Shown here one piece after another: positions 49,827-54,532 of a stretch of DNA of 54,532 bases. The notes under the pieces are model-generated. The model was not told the origin of the DNA, made no database searches, and saw only the letters and a list, made by a program, of their open reading frames with translations. This DNA comes from Candidatus Aenigmatarchaeota archaeon (lineage in GTDB: Archaea; Aenigmatarchaeota; Aenigmatarchaeia; Aenigmatarchaeales; Aenigmatarchaeaceae), in NCBI GenBank assembly GCA_016933455.1, contig JAFGAZ010000001.1, positions 1 through 54,532 of the forward strand. The letters run 5' to 3'. Each line of letters starts with the position of its first letter. Position 1 is the first letter of the stretch. The position numbers and the translations under genes were made by a program.

Positions 49827-51836
49827 ATGAGCGGTTTCGCATCATATCATCCATCGATTGATTCAGGAATCAATGGTAGTGTACGTAAGAAAATGAAGGA
49901 AACTGATGATTTATACCAGGCTTTCAAAGACGCAGTTGGTGTTAGAAACATCTTTAGCAGGAAAAGAAAGCAAAAAAACCTCCAAAAAACTCAAGATTAC
50001 TTTGAAAAAATAGGCAAATCCAAGGATTTGGAGCATATTAACAAAGTCGAGGAAAAAATAGCCAACATGGCTAGCGATCCGAGATATTCTAGCAGACAAG
50101 CTCAAAAGCAACGCGAACAGGAAAGAATAAAGAAAGAAAATGACATGAAGGAGCTTGAAAGGGAAAACAACAGACAACTTCTTAGGGAAAGAATTTACAA
50201 CGGTCTGAATCTTGTAAAGGTAGAAAAGAAGAAAAAACTCGGCTTTATTCCATCATATGAGACTACTTTTGACCTTGAAAGCGGCTACGAGGACCTTTTC
50301 AAGAATGCCACCATAAAAACTGACAAGTATTTTGTGCATTCAGAGATGGCAAGAATGGAAAAGGAGGAAACCAATCCAAAAAAGAAACTAAAATTAACAG
50401 GTCTTAAGAAGACTTATGCTAAAAAAGAAAAAGTTCATAGAAAGAAGATTTGGAGCGGTATTTTCTTGGGTCTAACGGCCGGAATGGTTGGAACGGCGTT
50501 TGCAATAGATGTTCTAAATAATAACAATAATAAAGAATTGGACAGTGATGGAGACGGTATACCTGATTATAAGGATCCTGAACCTTTTGTTTATAACAAT
50601 CCAAATCAAAATGATAATACACCTGTTTATAACGAACCGACTCAAAATAATGAGCCTGAAACTGTTACAAATCCGGTCGTTCAATACGCAGAAGGCAAGG
50701 GTTTGTCAAAATCTGTAATTGATACTTTAAAAGTTCTTGGAGATGACGGTGATATGAGCCAAAGCGACAAAGCGCTTGTGGACACAGTCTCTTATGTGGG
50801 CTCTAGCCTAATACCTTCGGGCGTAAAGGTATACTATACGGACAATGAAATCCAGGATATACAAAATGATATTATACATTCTGTTCTTAGTGATGGAAAA
50901 GTTGGTTCCGTTGAGACGGAGGCCATGTCCAAATTGCCAAATGAGAGATGGTATGTTGTAAAGGATATAATTGATGCTGGAATGGTTAATGATGTTGCTT
51001 TGTCAGAAAATTGGGACGGTAGTGGACCTAGCAATATAGAAGAGATAAGGCAGGGTACCAACCCCTTGAATGATTTGGAAGATGTTCCTGGAGATTTTAG
51101 TGACAGGTATGCTGTTTTAGTGGAAACTTTAGGTTCTCCAGGTGCTGTAGGAAGGGTTTTAGGAACTTATCATCTTTTGAAGAAAAACGGTTATTCTGAC
51201 GACAAGATAAATTTATCAATAAAACTTAGTCCGGAATTTGAGGAAAGTGATATAAGTTTAGATAGAGGAGGTCTTGCGAGTGGATTAGAATGGTTAAAGG
51301 AAGACTTGAAAGGAAATCTTATTCATGATTACAAAACAGTAATAGACCATAGGGATGGAGAAATTACACCTATTACTATTTCTAGTTGGATAAAGGATTT
51401 GAATTCTGATGGAAACGACAGTATTTTCATATATCATAATGGTCATGGTGGTCAGCTCGGTTCAGGAGAAGAATTGAATAATGCTTTAAATCTAATAAAT
51501 TATAAAAATCTTTTAATTTTAAACGATTCATGTAGTGCAGAAGGACTTGTAAAGTCATTAAATGGACAAAAACAGCTTAAAAATGTAGTGGCAATAGCAT
51601 CAAGTTCTGAAGGAGAGGATGTAGGGTCTTTATTCTCAGATTCTTTCTTACCGCTTGTTAAAGAAGGTTTGAATGTTGACGACGCTTATGAATCTGCAAA
51701 AAAAATTGTTTTAAATGAGGATTTACGTGAACAAAATCCTGTCATATACTCTTTCGATACTTCTATAAATCAACCTAAAAACAGCAAACTTCCATGGCTG
51801 AGCAGTTTTAACTTCTTCAAATACATAAAAAAGTAG
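49827..51836 (+). CDS. Membrane-anchored clan CD cysteine peptidase-like protein (legumain/C13-like His-Cys dyad) with KE-rich cytoplasmic N-terminal region and TSP3-like Ca-binding motifs
   Basis: About 200 aa of K/E-rich N-terminus, then TM IWSGIFLGLTAGMVGTAFAI. Motifs DSDGDGIPDYKDPEP and GTNPLNDLED. Peptidase blocks RYAVLVETLGS...HLLKKNGYSDDKI, IFIYHNGHGG (His) and LLILNDSCSAEG (Cys). Confidence 0.6.
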   Translation: MSGFASYHPSIDSGINGSVRKKMKETDDLYQAFKDAVGVRNIFSRKRKQKNLQKTQDYFEKIGKSKDLEHINKVEEKIANMASDPRYSSRQAQKQREQERIKKENDMKELERENNRQLLRERIYNGLNLVKVEKKKKLGFIPSYETTFDLESGYEDLFKNATIKTDKYFVHSEMARMEKEETNPKKKLKLTGLKKTYAKKEKVHRKKIWSGIFLGLTAGMVGTAFAIDVLNNNNNKELDSDGDGIPDYKDPEPFVYNNPNQNDNTPVYNEPTQNNEPETVTNPVVQYAEGKGLSKSVIDTLKVLGDDGDMSQSDKALVDTVSYVGSSLIPSGVKVYYTDNEIQDIQNDIIHSVLSDGKVGSVETEAMSKLPNERWYVVKDIIDAGMVNDVALSENWDGSGPSNIEEIRQGTNPLNDLEDVPGDFSDRYAVLVETLGSPGAVGRVLGTYHLLKKNGYSDDKINLSIKLSPEFEESDISLDRGGLASGLEWLKEDLKGNLIHDYKTVIDHRDGEITPITISSWIKDLNSDGNDSIFIYHNGHGGQLGSGEELNNALNLINYKNLLILNDSCSAEGLVKSLNGQKQLKNVVAIASSSEGEDVGSLFSDSFLPLVKEGLNVDDAYESAKKIVLNEDLREQNPVIYSFDTSINQPKNSKLPWLSSFNFFKYIKK

Positions 51837-51885
51837 TTCTGTAGAAGGTTTATATTGAAGCTTAAAAATATTTAATTAGAGCGAT

Positions 51886-52899
51886 ATGGAAAGAATTCAC
51901 TTGATATTTTTGTTGGTATTTTTATCTATTTTAGTGCTACCAACACTTTACTTTTATAACACATTTTCGATAGAAGACAATGCACGCAACAAAGTCTTGA
52001 ATATTTTGGAAGAAAAAAATAAATTCTGTGAAATTCAAAAAATGGATTTTGATACTTCGAGTAAAATAGGAAAATTCTGGCTTATTTGCAACGGACGACC
52101 TTTTTATGCCGATTATAACAACGAATTAGTTAGTTATGACCTTAATGGATGGAGCTGGTTAAAAGAAACGAAATATTGGGATGAATTGAAAGAATGTGAT
52201 GTTTACAGAATAGAAAACGGTACAATTTCTTTTTTCTGTCCTAAAAACATATCTAAAGAAACAACAATAAAGTATTTTGACGCAAACAAACCGTTTTCAC
52301 TAGAAAAACAAAAAGAAAGTATTTTCTTCAAAGTTCTTCTCGAAGACGTGCAGAACACACAACACAACATCAGAGGTTGCATATTAGAGGACTATGAAAC
52401 TGTCATAGGAGGGAAAAAACCCGTCTCTGATTTGAAGTTGAACCTTGAATGCGATGATGGATTATATCAAGTATCCACAGATTTATCTTTCATAACTCCC
52501 TTTTCGTCATTGGGAGATGGGTCTGATAATATAATTAAATCCTTTGAAAAATCATTTGACGTCACGCCACAATTAAGTGGTCTAACAGCTAGTTACGATT
52601 TTGGAAATTGGAAAATCGACGTTTCATATCCTCAAGAAAAAGGTATTTCAGGCTTGAGATATTACATAACTTTAGAAGATGAAAACGCTTTACTTGATGT
52701 TATAAAGAGATTTGCCTTATTTGTCTCTGAAGGAGAATTAGAATTCATTAAAGAAGAAGAAATAAACATTGAAGACGAGAGCTTGTATATATCATTCAAG
52801 ATAAGTTATTATAGGCTTGATGGAAGGATTTTAAGAGTATATACTCAAAATGAAAAAATAATTAGAATTGATTCGATTGTGGAGGGTTTTTATGAATAA
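51886..52899 (+). CDS. Signal-anchored hypothetical protein
   Basis: MERIHLIFLLVFLSILVLPTLYF N-terminus. No motif recognised in the rest. The stop overlaps the next ORF's start by 8 nt. Confidence 0.6.
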   Translation: MERIHLIFLLVFLSILVLPTLYFYNTFSIEDNARNKVLNILEEKNKFCEIQKMDFDTSSKIGKFWLICNGRPFYADYNNELVSYDLNGWSWLKETKYWDELKECDVYRIENGTISFFCPKNISKETTIKYFDANKPFSLEKQKESIFFKVLLEDVQNTQHNIRGCILEDYETVIGGKKPVSDLKLNLECDDGLYQVSTDLSFITPFSSLGDGSDNIIKSFEKSFDVTPQLSGLTASYDFGNWKIDVSYPQEKGISGLRYYITLEDENALLDVIKRFALFVSEGELEFIKEEEINIEDESLYISFKISYYRLDGRILRVYTQNEKIIRIDSIVEGFYE

Positions 52900-54532
52900 A
52901 AAAATACTGTTCATTGTTTTGTTGATTTCATTTTCAATCATAATATCAGAATATGTGTATGCTTGTACACTCAATTATCAGACATTTTATCAAGAAGCAG
53001 AAAATACTATGTTCTGTAATCTTAGCACCCCTATAAATAAATGGGATTTTGAATTTGATGCTATAAATTCAGGATGTGCTTGTGGAATTTCAGTATGCTG
53101 TTGGTATGAACAACAATCACCGCCTTTATTTACAATTCCTAGATGTTATGGACCAGAAGCCAAATGGAAGCCTTGTTCACAAGGAACATCAAGTGATGAA
53201 GGGACGATATGTAAAATAAGGTCCGGCTTATATTGCGAAGATACTTTTGAAGGAAGATGGGACAACGACGAAAAACAATGCGTACAATGCAACGGTAATG
53301 CACAGTCAATGGCACGTGTTTGTGGTACGACTGCTTATAGCCTAACTCAGACATGTGAACAAGCATGTGGTGCTTCTGAAGTATGTGACGAGGGATGCGC
53401 AGAATCGATGGTTTCCTCCACTATTATTTGTAACAGCAATTGTATTGCTGAAACATGCAATTCTGGAAACAATTGTCAGGTAAGAAATGATAGAAGTACC
53501 TTTTGTGGTGTAGGTCCAAGACCTCTTACAGTTAGAACATGCAATTATGACAGCAACTGGGCTTGGAGAGATTATCAGATTTCAGAAAACACAGATGCAC
53601 GTTGCAGTGACAATATAGATAACGATTGTGACGGTTATACCGATTGTCTTGATTCAGATTGCATCGGACGTGCTAATTGTTGCCAGACAAATTCAGATTG
53701 TGGAACTTATAGAGACTGTTGTGTTTATGCTTGTCAGTTAGGATCTAAGGAATGTACAACATCAAGTTGGTATAGAGACAATAGTCTTTGTTCAGGTAGT
53801 GAAACTTGTGGAACAGATTGTTACTGTACAGGTACATGTTCAAACGAAGGAGGATCATGTTCTGTTACATCAGATTGTTGTTCAGGTCAAGACCTAACTT
53901 GTGTTGGAGGAATTTGTGTAAAACCTGAGCCGGAACCAGGTCCATGTACACACAATTTTCCCACTGTAACAATATCGGGTTATCAAACAGGTTGTCCGGG
54001 AGACTCTTTAACATACACAGTAACTGTAAGAAATAATGATGTTTCAGAATGTCCTTCTTCAGTTTTTCAATTGTCACACAACAGTTTTACTTCATGGTCA
54101 ATTGGTTTTAGTGGAGGTTCAACACTTACAATTCCACCACAAAGCACAAGATCGACTTCAATAACATATACATCACCACTTTCAGCAAGTAATGGTAATT
54201 ATCAGGTTAGAGTAACAGCAACCAATACAGTGGATTCTTATTTTTCATCATATGGAACATCAAGATACACTGTAGACAACTCTGTTTGTGGAGGTTGCGA
54301 CAACGACGGTTCTTGTGAATCTTCTAGAGGAGAAACATGCTCAAATTGTGGCGACTGCTCATGTTCATCAGTTTATATTTGTAGTAGTGGAACTTGTATA
54401 CCACAAAGTTCAGGTTGTGACCCGATATATTACGTAGGTGAATGTGGACAAGATTGCCATTGGGCAGGTCAATGCGCGCCAAACGAAAGATGCTACCAAT
54501 CTGATCCAGACCCATGTGACGCATCTCCTATG
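52892..54532 (+). CDS. Secreted Cys-rich surface/adhesin-like protein, 5' partial (runs off the window end; not in ORF track)
   Basis: Hand translation is open for 547 codons from the ATG at 52892 to the window end. Signal peptide MNKKILFIVLLISFSIIISEYVYA. Very high Cys content. The DNIDNDCDGYTDCLDSDC motif resembles the Cys-rich metal-binding repeat of surface proteins. A CARDB/NEW3-like beta-sandwich is present (CPGDSLTYTVTVRNNDVSEC...NGNYQVRVTATN). Confidence 0.8.
   Translation, partial: MNKKILFIVLLISFSIIISEYVYACTLNYQTFYQEAENTMFCNLSTPINKWDFEFDAINSGCACGISVCCWYEQQSPPLFTIPRCYGPEAKWKPCSQGTSSDEGTICKIRSGLYCEDTFEGRWDNDEKQCVQCNGNAQSMARVCGTTAYSLTQTCEQACGASEVCDEGCAESMVSSTIICNSNCIAETCNSGNNCQVRNDRSTFCGVGPRPLTVRTCNYDSNWAWRDYQISENTDARCSDNIDNDCDGYTDCLDSDCIGRANCCQTNSDCGTYRDCCVYACQLGSKECTTSSWYRDNSLCSGSETCGTDCYCTGTCSNEGGSCSVTSDCCSGQDLTCVGGICVKPEPEPGPCTHNFPTVTISGYQTGCPGDSLTYTVTVRNNDVSECPSSVFQLSHNSFTSWSIGFSGGSTLTIPPQSTRSTSITYTSPLSASNGNYQVRVTATNTVDSYFSSYGTSRYTVDNSVCGGCDNDGSCESSRGETCSNCGDCSCSSVYICSSGTCIPQSSGCDPIYYVGECGQDCHWAGQCAPNERCYQSDPDPCDASPM

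Noticed and set aside
53139-54524. Three short minus-strand ORFs (53139..53366, 53865..54077, 54324..54524)
   Set aside because: All lie antisense within the 547-codon open-ended Cys-rich ORF on the plus strand. They have no motifs.
46709-54532. tRNA-Arg as an integration site for a genomic island
   Set aside because: I saw no integrase or recombinase and no duplicated tRNA 3' fragment (att-like direct repeat) anywhere in the window. Only the compositional hint remains.

Overview
This is an archaeal chromosomal window. The evidence is the gene order, the eL/eS ribosomal proteins, aEF-1alpha/aEF-2, Cbf5, TrmB and two intron-containing tRNAs. Compact, often overlapping genes suggest a small-genome, possibly DPANN-like lineage, but that is inference. 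About half the window, all on the minus strand, is the conserved translation supercluster: S12-S7-EF2-EF1a-S10, then L3-L4-L23-L2-S19-L22-S3-L29-SUI1-Rpp29-S17-L14-L24-S4e-L5-[120-aa insert]-S14-S8-L6-L32e-[52-aa Zn ribbon]-L19e-L18-S5-L30-L15-SecY-Adk-Ndk-DUF106-L34e-L14e. Also present are a uvrB-uvrA-ASCH-uvrC operon, cbf5, thrS, four tRNAs (Ser-UGA and Gln-UUG carry introns), and several surface or membrane proteins. The most unusual region is 40.7-48.9 kb. It holds a type IV pilus/Tad-like operon with a KaiC/FlaH-like ATPase, a platform protein split into two genes, and six pilin-like genes. The operon ends in a 55-aa ORF and a membrane-anchored DUF151 nuclease. It is preceded by tRNA-Arg and a PIN-PilT-KH ATPase. 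No PilB/FlaI-type motor or prepilin peptidase lies in the window. An AT-richer surface-protein block follows at 49-54.5 kb. It contains a stand-alone TFIIB-type zinc ribbon, a membrane-anchored legumain-like clan CD protease, and an open-ended Cys-rich adhesin-like ORF. Five coding regions are absent from the supplied ORF track and were found by hand translation: uS14, a 52-aa Zn ribbon, a 55-aa ORF, a 42-aa TFIIB-like ribbon and the open-ended 3' ORF. No rRNA, CRISPR array, transposase or integrase was seen. All family assignments come from motif recognition by eye, with no database search.
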